From the NCBI RefSeq assembly GCF_018977255.1, contig NW_024704743.1, positions 53,880,001-53,944,000 of the forward strand: a stretch of DNA of 64,000 nucleotides. The letters run 5' to 3'. This DNA is from Callorhinchus milii (lineage: Eukaryota). This document shows, piece by piece, positions 13,166 through 24,985 of this stretch. Position 1 is the first letter of the stretch. Each line of letters begins with the position of its first letter. Made by a program: the position numbers and the translations under genes. The notes under the pieces are model-generated. The model was not told the DNA's origin. It saw nothing but the letters and a program-made list of their open reading frames with translations, and made no database searches.

Positions 13166-15990
13166 CACTAACGGCAATTGTCCTGGTTAAAATTGGCACC
13201 GTCACCCTCAAAATACAATGACACAACTTCATAGTACATTCTATAAAGTGTTTTGAAACGTCTCGATGACATGACAAGGCACTTTATCAAATGCAAAGGT
13301 TGTTATTATTATTAATAATGTTCTCATGGGGACCACAGCCAGTTAAAAACAGATGTGGGACTGAACAATTACAAGTTCCAATTTTGAAGGTTTCTCTGTG
13401 CCCTTCACTATTTTGCAAAGGCTATGTTGCTCTAAGATTCATTTCAGTGGGAGCATATGTGTGCCAAGGATGCCACCTTGCTTTGGATAAGATGTGACTT
13501 TCCTACCCTCATGCACTTGCCATATTTTGTCCACAGAAACTAACACAGGGTTCTGTTTTAAATATTTAGGGGGAAGGGTTGCAAAATTAGTGATAGAAAT
13601 ATTACATGACCACCAGAGAATCAGGTGCTTGCCAAGGTCATTAAATTTACTGACAATCAGAGAATCACTCCCTCTGGATTTGCCTCTAGAGAGAGGGGAT
13701 CGAATAATAGGGCAAATAGACATTGAGCCAAATAACATTATCTGGTGTTAAAAATTCTTCTGTGCCGAGGTCTAGTTTTTTGCACTTACGCCATAAGTGG
13801 AGACAAATGGGCTGCTGGTTGCACAATTTAGTGGAGAGTGGAACACTGATAGCTTGTTCATGTGACAATTTGCTTCACCAAGTGTATTGAAACCCTGAAT
13901 AGCCATCCAGCCTGCCTACTAATTTCAAAGATGTCAGACTCCCCTCTGTCTTTGCACTCCTGCAATGTAATTCAAAAGCTCTTCTGTTGCTGTGAGTTAT
14001 AATCAAAGAAAATACAATAATTTTGTGTAAGTGGAGGCTATGTCGTGCCAACTATGTGATATGATAAATATGTCCACAAATGAAACTGATTGCACAACTT
14101 GTAAGGCTCCTTTCTCTGCCTGCTGGACACAGTACTCCTACAGTGCTTTAGAAATAGAAAGACGATTCACTCAGATATCCAATGTAGCTTTCAAGAACAT
14201 CAGATCTGTGGCCTTGCAGTAATTATAAGAAGCCTTCTCATTAAACATTTGTGTTCAATAATGAGATAGAATGTGGGGGCGAAATTCCACCTGGTTCTGG
14301 ATTAACTCTATTTTCTTAGCATTTCGGAGTGTCCAGCATGTGGCAAATTGTTGGATTCACTCTTAACTTTGAAGACATTTTTGCTGTGGTTCTTAAAGGA
14401 ACACACAGAAAAACGCTTCAAAATTGAGGCTGGATTTAAGACGTTGCAATATTCAGGTAGGAAAACCAAATCTCATCCTAGGCAAGTGGAACTTTTCATG
14501 TACAGTCATGTCATGTACAGTTGTGCTCCCATTGAAATTGATGTGAGAGCAAAGTAACCACATGAACAAAACACTTCACATATTTAAAGGTACCCAGCTT
14601 TACAAAAATCAAATAAACCAAAATCAAACAGAATTAAAGCAAGGGAGATCTGAAACTAGTCTTAGCTTGTAAAACTAATTTGTCTTAAGATTTAAGACTA
14701 CACAGAATTGTGCAAAATTCTTAAATTCAATCTTAATTTGGAAACCAGTTTTCCTGCAGTTCTTAAAAAGAACCGACTTCTATGAAATGAAGCAATGCAT
14801 CGGACAGTTTCTGAATAATATTCAAGTATTGAACACAAAATATTCATAAATATAATAATTGTCCTGTAGTCAGGTAAAGAAACTTAAATAGGGATGAGGT
14901 TCAGCACTCCCTCATGATGCAAAGCAAATTGAAAACAATTGCGTGATCACAGGCAGGAAGGAAAATCTGATTGTAAAACTCTGATTGTAATCACATTGAA
15001 TAAAGGAATATAGGAAAAGGATCAGAAAAAGAACTTTCAGCCCATCGAACCTATTCTCCCGGTTTATTAGATCTGTCAGATTTTTTAATCCAAATGTCCA
15101 ACCTTTTGGTGGGAAATGTTTTTTTTACCTCAAAATAACAAATATCATGTAATATAAACACATAAAACTTTGTTCAAATTGTTTCATTCAAAAAACACTT
15201 GCTGCTGCTACTGAGTAGGGCAGGGTAGATCACCTTTGATCTACGATCATGTAGATCCCAGCATTTCAATGTTTAAAGTTGAGTTGAGCCAGTATCTCCT
15301 GAACCCGCAGTAAAATGCTAGATCTAATTGATGACTGGATCAAGTGCCCCACTGGGTCACGCAATAGCTGCAGTAAGTATTTTTTGGTGAAACCATTTAA
15401 ATCAACTTGGGGAGGTGTGTGTGTGTGGTGGGGGGTGAGGATCTATGTGCAATTTATTGACTTGGTTCTTCTCTAGGGGCACTTAGGAGCTGTGTTTAGG
15501 CTTTGTTTGAAGGGCGTTATACAAATGCAAGTTGTTTTTGTTGTCGCACAATATGATAATTATCACATCAGTGCTGCTTTTTCATAGCAATAGCATTATG
15601 AAACTCACTGAACATAGCTCACTCAGGGTCGCTTTGCTGGAACCTGACACAGGTACAGGGAGGCCCTGAAATTAGTATGAAGACATGTGGTGCTGTGACT
15701 GACTACCTGTTCATACAATGTACTAAAGTAAGAGATAAAGAGAACTCCATCCACCCTCATAGACAATGTCTATGATCATTGCGTCTGTGCATGTTGGGTG
15801 AGAGGAAAAAAGGACATTTAAAATATTCCAGGCCAATTGTCATCATAGTAATAAAAATAGCAACCTCCTCAAAAGATTTACCTTACACAACCCACAAAAC
15901 TGTCACAACCCAAGTTGCTCATTAACATCATAACTTCTGTGAGGGAGAAATCCCACCTGGGTCTAGATATACTATATTTGTGTAGCATTT

Positions 15991-16305
15991 TGGAGTCCTG
16001 TAGCTCAGTGGTTAGAGCACTCGCTTTGCAAGTGAGAGACCTGAGTTCAATTCCAGGCAGGGCGAAACCTTGGGCAAGTTTCCTTACTCCGCACACCTAA
16101 TAATAATCCCTCCAAAAAAACAAAACAATAATAAATCGGTAATTTTCAATCCATGACTGTTTGTGGGACATTGCTGCGCGCAATTGGCTGCTGCGTTCGC
16201 CCACAAATATACAGTCAATTCACTTTACAGTATATTCTGTGAAGCACTTTGGGACGTCTAGAAGACGTGAAAAGCGCTATATCAAATGCAAGGATTATTA
16301 TTATT
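15991..16305 (+). mobile_element. tRNA-headed Deu-domain SINE, full length
   Basis: GGAGTCCTGTAGCTCAGTGGTTAGAGC head, GAGTTCAATTCC B-box, (TTA)n tail. Confidence 0.92.
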
Positions 16306-16850
16306 GTTATTTTACAGCATCCAATATCTGAACGATTGTTGTCCAGAAAACTGGGAGAAACTCCCTCCGAATAATACCATGGGATCTTTAATATCCACCA
16401 AACCTGTGTTTAACATCTCATTCAGAAGGACGGCCATTTCTTACAATACAAGAAACCCTCAGCTTTGAGATTCATCTTAGACTGTGAGGTTAATGCCCCC
16501 AGGTAGGGCTTGAACCCACAACCGTCTGAATCAGAGGCGAGAGTACTGAACACGAGTTTTGAAAGCATAACCCAGCAAGTACAGCAAGAAGGAACAAACC
16601 GTTATAGAATGAGAATTTAACTGCTTCAAGTGTTTAAGGCCATGTTTTCTGACACCTTTTCGTTCCCTTCCTCAGCTTCATCCCTCCCCCTCTTTCCTTC
16701 CACCCCACTCATTCAGCTTGGGATCCCACTCAACTGTGTGAAACACTTTGATGTCCTTCCAACATGAAAAATGCTGTAAAATAATAATAATTCTTGCATT
16801 TGATATTGCGCCTTATCACCTTATCAAGATATTTCAAAGTGCTTCACAGG

Positions 16851-17184
16851 ATAATAATAATAATAATAATAATAATCCTTGCATTTGATATAGCGCTTTT
16901 CACGTCGGGAGGACGTCCCAAAGCGCTTCACAGAACACACTGTAAAGTGAATTGACTGTATATTTGTGGGCGAACGCGGCAGCCAATTGCGCACAGCAAT
17001 GTCCCACAAACAGTCGTAGATTGAAAATGACCAATTTATTATTGTTTTTGGTTTTTGAAGGGATTATTATTAGGCTCTGTGTGGAGTAAGGAAACTTGCC
17101 CAAGGTTTCGCCCTCTGCCTGGAATTGAACTCAGGTCTCTCACTTGCAAAGCGAGTGTTCTAACCACTGAGCTACAGGACTCCA
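16851..17184 (-). mobile_element. young full-length SINE inserted into an older SINE (16781-17300)
   Basis: Intact consensus-like copy. The flanks rejoin as CTTCACAGGA..ACACTGTAAAG of an older copy. Confidence 0.92.
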
Positions 17185-18146
17185 CACTGTAAAGTGGATT
17201 GACTGTGTATTTTGTGAGTGAAACACGGCAGCCAATTGCACACTGTGAAGTCCCACAATCAGCCTTGGAGTGAAATGACCAATTTTATTTGGGGGATTGT
17301 TGACCATATAAATGTATATTGCTTGATGTTTGGGTTTTAGAAGTGGGATTAGACTGCACAGCCTGAGGAAGGGCTGCTTCCTGGTGCATTTGTCCAACCA
17401 GGTGACACAATGTGGTCAATGCTGTGGCGTTCTGTTACATCTCTCCTAAAAACCTACTTTCTTTCGCTCACAAAATACAATCAATTCACTTTACAACATA
17501 TTCTGTGAAGCGCTTTGAGATGCCTCAACGATGAGATGAAGCTCAAATTGGATTCTGACAGATGACCTCCGAAGCCTGTGACAGTGTACAGGTTAATCTC
17601 ATTGCGTGGTGTATGTATAGATAACACATCCAGTAAACAGACCCGAAGAGGGGCCAAGAGCTGGTTTTCCTTTCCCTAAACTTCAGGATGCATTTGCGGT
17701 ACCCAAGTATGTCTCTTAGCTCCAGAATTGCTCCTATGTGTTGCTAGTGATCTGAGAGGGAAGGAGCTGTCTGGAGTTGTGCTGTAAAATTTAATGGTGC
17801 TCTCTGCCTACCTTTAACATGGGCGAAAACATATAATAATAAATATTGCTTGCATTTGATATAGCAATTTTTGTGTCTTCTAGACACCTCAAAGTGCTTC
17901 ACAGAATATACTTTAAAGTGAATTGACTGTATATTTGTGGGTGAAACGTGAAATGTAAATCAATGATAGATTATTTACTTATTTCCACCAAATTTGCCTG
18001 TTGAGATTTTCTCCATCTCTCTCCCTCCACTCATTCTCTCATTGTTTGACGCAATAAATCGATAGGAAAAATTTCCCGGATTTATCAGTTTTTTATTTTG
18101 CGGATTAAAAAATCTACTTTAATATTTCTTATAAATTGAGAATCTC

Positions 18147-18179
18147 TGCAATGCCTCGTTTTTCCAGTAGATGTCACTC
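18147..18179 (+). promoter_or_regulatory. candidate CTCF site with upstream motif
   Basis: TGCAATGCC, spacer, then CCAGTAGATGTCACT. Confidence 0.45.
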
Positions 18180-19718
18180 AGGCTTCACTGTACCAGTTTA
18201 TTTACATTGCATGCAGTCTTTCCTCTTTGTTCCCCACCACCTGCACCTCTGCATTTTCTTTCCTTTACATTAAATGACTTACTCTAACAACCAAAAACAT
18301 AAACAGAGTGTCATAGTCACGTCACGTCAATCTAGAAGAATAGAAGTTAGGCTGCCCACACTAGCACACTCGCACTGTCAATTGTTTTTATTTTTGTTTG
18401 GTTTCTCAAATTCACAACGTTCGAATGTTCCTGAATATTCACATCCCGTGACTCTGTTACTGCGGCTAAATGTCATGCAATTACCTGGTTTGAGGTCTTA
18501 TGGATTCAAAATAATCCAAACGCAGACAAAAAGAGACTTTGGAAAGAACTTCAGTGTCTATCTTTCTGACAGTGGGGTTGAAAAGTGCTAAGACAGGAAA
18601 ACCACAGAATAAATGGCACTAGTGCCAGAAAAGCACCTCAGGATTTAAAGCATGTTTCATACAGAGTCTTTGCCAAACCACAAAAACTCTGCTCCAGATC
18701 AAAGCTGAGGTCTGACAGGACACAGTGACATACATGGTGTTTCCTACACAATACGCAATTCACATCCCGTGGCATTTTTTCCTGCACAAAGTACCAATTA
18801 TGTTGCAGTTTTCCTGTTCAAGCATTTTCAACCCCTTTATCTGCATTTAATCTCCGAATGAACACAGCAGATTGAATCGTTGAATGGCCTCTGATGCAGG
18901 AGTCAGGTTTGTTTTTATAATAAGATGATTTTATTCTTCATGTTGATACCTAGAAACATATAAAGGTGTTTGGTGATCCTCTATTTTGTGCCAGAGGAGA
19001 GGGCAGAATGGATGACAGAGAGGAAAAGACATGTCACTTTCCCTATGTTGACTTCCCATAGAAATGACATGACATTGTTTTGACAGAATCTATCTGATTG
19101 TGTTTTACGTTTGCAAACATACAGAAACTGGTTTGCAAACAGTTTATCATGAAAAGAGAACCCCTTGAAAATTACAATGCGTCACACAGGGCAAGTTCCC
19201 CACATATCCAGCACACACAGGAAGATTAAAAGGAATAATAATAATCCTTCCATTTGATTTCAACCTATAGTGTCAAAATGTCACAATGCTCTTCACTGAA
19301 AATTACTGTCAATTGTAGTCACTGTGTATTTGAGCAAATGCAGCAGTCAATTTGGGAATTAAAGTATTGAAAACTAAAATGGCCATTGTGCTTGGTGCTT
19401 GGGTTTTGGTTGCACGCATCATGTTATCTACGTCAGCGTTGCCAAACCATAAAGCCACAAGACACATGTGTCTCATGAGGGGTCTTGGTGTGGCTTCCAG
19501 CAACCTCAGCTTCAGCCGAACGCATGTTTCTCAGTTAATTCCTGTTGATAATTTGCCGACCATGTGTATGGCTATTGCTACATGTGTATAGCTATTTAAA
19601 GGTATATGCGGGAAAAAAAATGCTATGCGGTAAAAAAAACCTCTCTAGTCAGGTTTTTCGAATATTCAGTTGAAATAGTCATCTAAAATAATACTCGTCT
19701 GAGTAAAAACAATCACAA

Positions 19719-20613
19719 GATAGGTTACAGGAGGATTTGAACATACTTGGGAACTGAGCAGATCGGTGGCAGATGAAATTCAATGTGGAGAAATGTAAAT
19801 TACTTCACATGCGGACAAAAAATCCTGGAAAGGACTATTATTTAAACGGAAGGAAAATAATATGTATGGAAAATGAAAAGAACTTGGGGGTCCTGACTGA
19901 CAATAGGTTGAAGCTCTCCCAACAATGCTCTGTGGCAATGAGTAAAGCAAACCAGACGTTGGGGTTTATCAAAAGATCAACAGAAAGCCGAAATAGTGGG
20001 GTAATCCTGCCACTGTATAATCATTGGTGAGACCGTACTTAGAGTATTGTGACAGTTCTGGTTGCTGCAGTACGAAAAGGATATTGGAGAAATCAAGAAG
20101 ATACAGAGTAGGGCAACCCAAATGGTTGAGGGAATGGAAGGACTGCATTACCAGGAGAAACTAAGTAAATTGGACATGTTCACGCTGGAAAACAACAACA
20201 ACAAGATTACATTTGTATAGCGCCTTTCACCTCGGGAGGACGTCCCAAGGCGCTGGGAAAAGAGAAGATTGAGAGGCAACATGATTGCTGTTATGACAGG
20301 CTGTTTCATCTTGTCCAGAACTAGAGGACATGGCCTGTAATTGAAGGGAGGTAAATTCAGAACAAATCTATGCAAACACTATTTCAGTGAGTGAATAGTG
20401 AACCTATGGAACAGGCTCCCTCAGGAGACGGTTGAAGCAGGAATTGTTGATTCTTTCAAACACAGATTAGATAGTTTTCTTTTAGGAAATAACGTCATGG
20501 GATATAGTACATAGGTAGTTCAGGACATTTGTGCATGTGACTGCCAGGAAGGTGGAAGGTGAACTAGATGGACCTTGGTCTTTTTTCGTCTAGTATTTCT
20601 TATGTTCTTATGT
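19719..20613 (+). mobile_element. CR1 LINE 3' fragment (ORF2 C-terminus + 3' UTR), disrupted
   Basis: WQMKFNVEKCKLLH, EKNLGVLTD.RLK.SQQC..A..KANQTLGFIKR, LPLY..LVRP.LEYC. Stops and frameshifts present. Ends in (TTCTTATG)2. Confidence 0.9.
20193..20255 (-). mobile_element. 63-bp L2 3'-tail insertion in CR1, 6-bp TSD GGAAAA
   Basis: GGAAAA at 20187-20192 and 20256-20261. Stem-loop plus (TTG)n tail. Confidence 0.8.
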
Positions 20614-21377
20614 GGTATTCTTGGTGTTGCCTTTCCTGAAAAAGAGTGACATGCTTATAAATAAATCTCTCAGAGGAAATTCTGTGACTTGTCTCATTTT
20701 TCGACCGGTGTGGCTCACACATGTGGCACAGTAAATTCGGAGTTCGGCAACACTGATCTAGATCCCAAAACTCAAGAACTCAAAACATTTTAATATTTCT
20801 TAATTTCCTCATAGAAAGCACTTACATTTTTTAGAATAATAATCCTTGCATTTTATATAGCGCTTTTTCACATCTTTGAGATGTCTCAAAGCGTTTCACA
20901 GAATATACTGTAAAGTGTAGCGTCTGTATATTTTGTGGGCAAACATGACAACCAATTGTGCACAGCAGTATCCCACACACAGTTGTGGATTGAGTTATGA
21001 TTGATATTATTATTTTTTGGAGCGATTAATACCCCCGGAAAGCGATCTGCCAATCTATTAACAAGCGCCTTATCACATTGAAATGTCTCAAAGTGATTTA
21101 TAATTAATCCGTTTCCAATTAATTAATCATGATGACTGTTTCCGTACGTGAACCCAACAGCCATTTTCTGCACAGCAAGGTGAATGATCAATTTTCTGTG
21201 GAGTATTGTTGGCCAGGACACCAGGAGAAACACCCTTGTGTTTTTCAATAAAATTATGCAATGTTTAATATCCAAATGAACAAGTACAGGGGAAGAACAT
21301 AGGTGAAAAATTCTTCCTGACTCCATGCTTTACTGTCTAAAGCGAACTTCATCGATCATTATGGCAAGAGAGAGATG

Positions 21378-21680
21378 GTCTCGCAAGCGAGAAACCAGAG
21401 TTTGATTTCTGGGCAGGTCAAAACGCTCAGTAAATTTGCTTACTCCACACGCCCGTTTACCTACCATTAAGTAGGAACCTGATTGTTAGTCGATTGGCAA
21501 TTGCTTTTCCAGGGGTAAACAAAAACAATAATAATAATAAATTGGTCACTCAATCCACGATTGTTGTGGCACACACTTCGCCAACAAAATATACAGTTAA
21601 TTCACTTTACAGTATATTCTGTGACATCTCAAAGACATGATAAGGCGCTATATCAGATGCAAGGATTATTATTATTATTA
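21378..21680 (+). mobile_element. SINE, long subfamily, partly deleted
   Basis: Partial tRNA head, internal segment and tail. Confidence 0.8.
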
Positions 21681-24599
21681 AGGGACTGTTTCATCCTATG
21701 GAAACTCCATCTGAAACCAGCATCGGGAGCAAGTCTTTGTGAAGCCGGCAGCTGTGGAGGCTGAGCTAATCTCAATAGGTGACTGGAGGGTTGCCAGCTT
21801 TGGTCATGCCAAATGCAGCATTCATTGTCACTGAGGAAAAATATTGTGAGGTTATTAACATGCAGTTTGTCCAGGCGTTTTTGTTAGGTTGAGCATATTA
21901 CTAATAATTATATATAGTATTGTGATTCTGTACTTTCATCACAGAAACATTCACAATTATTGTAAAATGATGCATCAGTGGCTAGGCTTCTAAAATAAAT
22001 ATTTTTAAGAACTATGCTGTCTAGACAGATATATTGTAACTTTTTTATATTTTTCCCTGTGCATTTATCCTTCACGCACTGTTAGGTTTGCTCACTATGG
22101 ACTGATGATTGCTGTGTGAACTTGGTCATCTCCTTGGCCTCTGCCAAAGCTCATTTGTGTCTATTTAACTGCATCATGGACATGCAAAAGATAACTTAAG
22201 GCTGAGATCATGAGAAATTTCTATTCTCTGATAATTTTGAATAAAGGTATTGGGGTCTATTTTGAGATAGTTCTTAGCAATGAATCTTGCAAATTATACC
22301 ACAATGCGTGTTACTTTTGTATTGTAAGCTGGTGATCTTTCTTTTGCAAATGCAATGATTTCTTGGCTACTTTGCCAATTTCACTTGTCTGATTTGGGCG
22401 GAATGATGAGGTCTGATATGAAACCCTGACAGTAAGTGCAGGCTTGTGAACTTGCCGCTGGGGAGCATTTGTTAAAGATAGCTACTTCATCATCAAGAAG
22501 TAGAGGAAATACTATTTTCATTCTGTATCCCTTGACAAATCAGAAACAAAGACAACTAATAACCCTCAAGGAACTCTGATGTGTTGTGTGTCCCCCTGCC
22601 CCTATGCTGCACTACTGCTGGATGCAGTGAATGAAATTGAGATAACCATTGGTTTCACTAGGAGACAGTTATGCTTTGATTTATTCATGTGTGAAGTTTC
22701 TAATTTGTCAAAGCACTCTTTACCTGTTACGGTACCATGTGGTATATTCGAAGGATGCCTTTCAGAATTCAGAATTAATTGTAAAGTACAGTCACTGTGT
22801 ATTTTGCACATGAAAGCAGCAATCAATTTGCAAGCAGAAAAGTCCCACAAAGGGACAAAAAGGGAATGACCAATTTTGTCTGTGGAATGTTTGTCAGGAC
22901 GACAGGAGAAACTTCCTTCTCTTTTAGAACAGTAGGATTTTTAATATCCACCTGAGAATGCAGATAGGACCTTGATTTAACATTTCATCTGAAGAACAGA
23001 ACCTCCATCAATGCAATGGTCGCCCAACACTGGGTTGGAATGTCAGCCTAGACTGTGAGATCATCGTCACCAACAACAACAACTTGCACTTATGTAGCAC
23101 CCTCCACACAGGGTAGCATCTCAGATCAAAGTTGCAACATAGGGCTTGAACCCACAATCCTCTGACTCTGAGATGAGAATGATTCCAAATAAGCCAGATG
23201 GATACCAATATTCAATGTTCAATGTAAATTTAAGCAGAAAAAATTTGGGGACTAAGAATTCTTGCTGTTCTGACCCTGTTTAATATGAAGCTTATGGGAC
23301 AGTAAATAACAGAAAAGATTCACTTTCACTCTGGCTGATCAAGATGGAAAATCTGATCAGTGGTTTAGGCGTGCACTAGAATAAACTTTTTTAAAGATTT
23401 TCTTTGTGTAAAAAAATGATTCTCCATAAGGATGAATGTACGATAATGGTGTCTAAAATATGAGATTTCTAAGGGATTACTTAATAAGGTATGCAAGTGG
23501 AGCAAATGATACAATACAAAATTACATTTGTATAGCGCCTTTCACGTTGGGAGGACGTCCCAAGATGCTGGACAGTAATACAATACAAAATGATACAAAT
23601 AATACAATAACTCTTTTTGGTAACCCATTCTTCCCCACAAGAACTTTCTGAAGTGATCCATTTTCACAGTGGAGTTTGCACAGGCCACCAAAATTCCTAT
23701 CTGGATTTATATTAAGCTTTGTATTAATTTGTATTAAGAAGAAGTGTGCTTTGTGTACTGCTGGAGTATAACCAGCTAAAACCACATAGTTTGCCATTGC
23801 ACTGCCTGGCAAGCTTTCACACTGTGTGTCCAGCTAGGAGCTCCCTACCCATTAGGGGTTTGGCTTGCAGGGTTAACAGGGGGTGAGTGGGGGGATTCCC
23901 TGATCCCAGTCACTGGTCTGTCCTTCCAGATCCTGCCGGTGAGCCAGACTGACTGTACTGTCATCAGCAGTGTCCTGGAATACTGTGGAGCCGCCCGGCT
24001 CAGGAACCGGACTACTGAGACTGCCACAGAGGGTTGGTGATGCTGATTCAGCTCCAAGGAGACCCTGCTTACCTTCCACCTCTCCCGCTAAATAATAATA
24101 CTGAATGATAATGCACAATAATACTGAAAATAATACTGAAAATACATAGGCAGATTCAGTGACTAATTACAGGATGCCACTCTTGTTAGTCACATAGTGT
24201 GACATAACTTCAGCTCCCTCGCAATATGGGAATAATAGAAGCCAATGACAACAGGAGGTCCAGGGATATTGCTACTGTGATTCAATAGGTTATTTTTCTA
24301 GACATCCCCCACTCCCAGCTTCCCATTACATAACCAATCTTTGTGAGAGCTATGTGAGACATCAGACCCACAGCTTAATGTATGACTCAATAATGTTGCT
24401 CTCATAGAGACTGAGGGGAAATTTCTCAGATTAAAAAAAACTCTTAATAACAGGGATTGGGAACAAATATAACATATATTGTTTTTGTTTCTCTGTGTCA
24501 CTAAATTTACCCACTTACTGGTCAGAACGTATTGTTCCCCACTTATTAGCCTTAGATAAAGGAGTCGGTCCTTTCACTCCGATTTTGACTAAATTTTTG

Positions 24600-24985
24600 G
24601 GTGGTCAGGTGGGTGTCTGATACGTGCGGAAACCCATCACCATACTTAAGAGTATCCAAACAATACTGAGAATTCCATGCATCCCACCTCCACATGGAAA
24701 TCCAGAGATGGATTGTTGGAATGGAATGCTCCCTGAAGGGATGCACCATACTTACCCAATTCTAGAAAGTACTGTATTAGGTAAAGGTGGCAAGAGCCAA
24801 AGGCTTGGAGACCCCAGAGTGTGTGTTGGGGTACTGCTAGAGTCTAACCAGCTAAAACCACATAGCTTGCCATTGATACTGCTGTCTGGTGTTTTCCCGC
24901 TGCTTGTCCAGCTAGGACTATCCTACCTGTTAGGGTTTTGGCTTGCAGGGTTAGCAGGAGCTGAGTGGGATGACTCTGAGCCCAC
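24600..24985 (+). repeat. unclassified interspersed repeat; other copies 23756-24090 (+), 27065-27410 (+), 58690-59130 (-)
   Basis: Shared GGGTGTCTGA..GAAACCCATCA..TTAAGAGTATC, CAGAGTGTG..GGGTAC and TGTCATCAGCAG..GGCTCAGGAACC blocks. Confidence 0.8.

Larger units (their letters stand above)
19434..20755. mobile_element. non-autonomous hAT-type DNA transposon hosting a CR1 insertion
   Basis: Imperfect 14-bp TIRs CAGCGTTGCCAAAC / GTTCGGCAACACTG. 8-bp flanks ATCTACGT / ATCTAGAT match 6/8. Confidence 0.65.

Noticed and set aside
16781..17300. Regularly recurring ~30-50-nt repeats suggestive of a CRISPR array
   Set aside because: They are dispersed SINE/L2 tails in both orientations with irregular spacing, in eukaryotic DNA with no cas genes.
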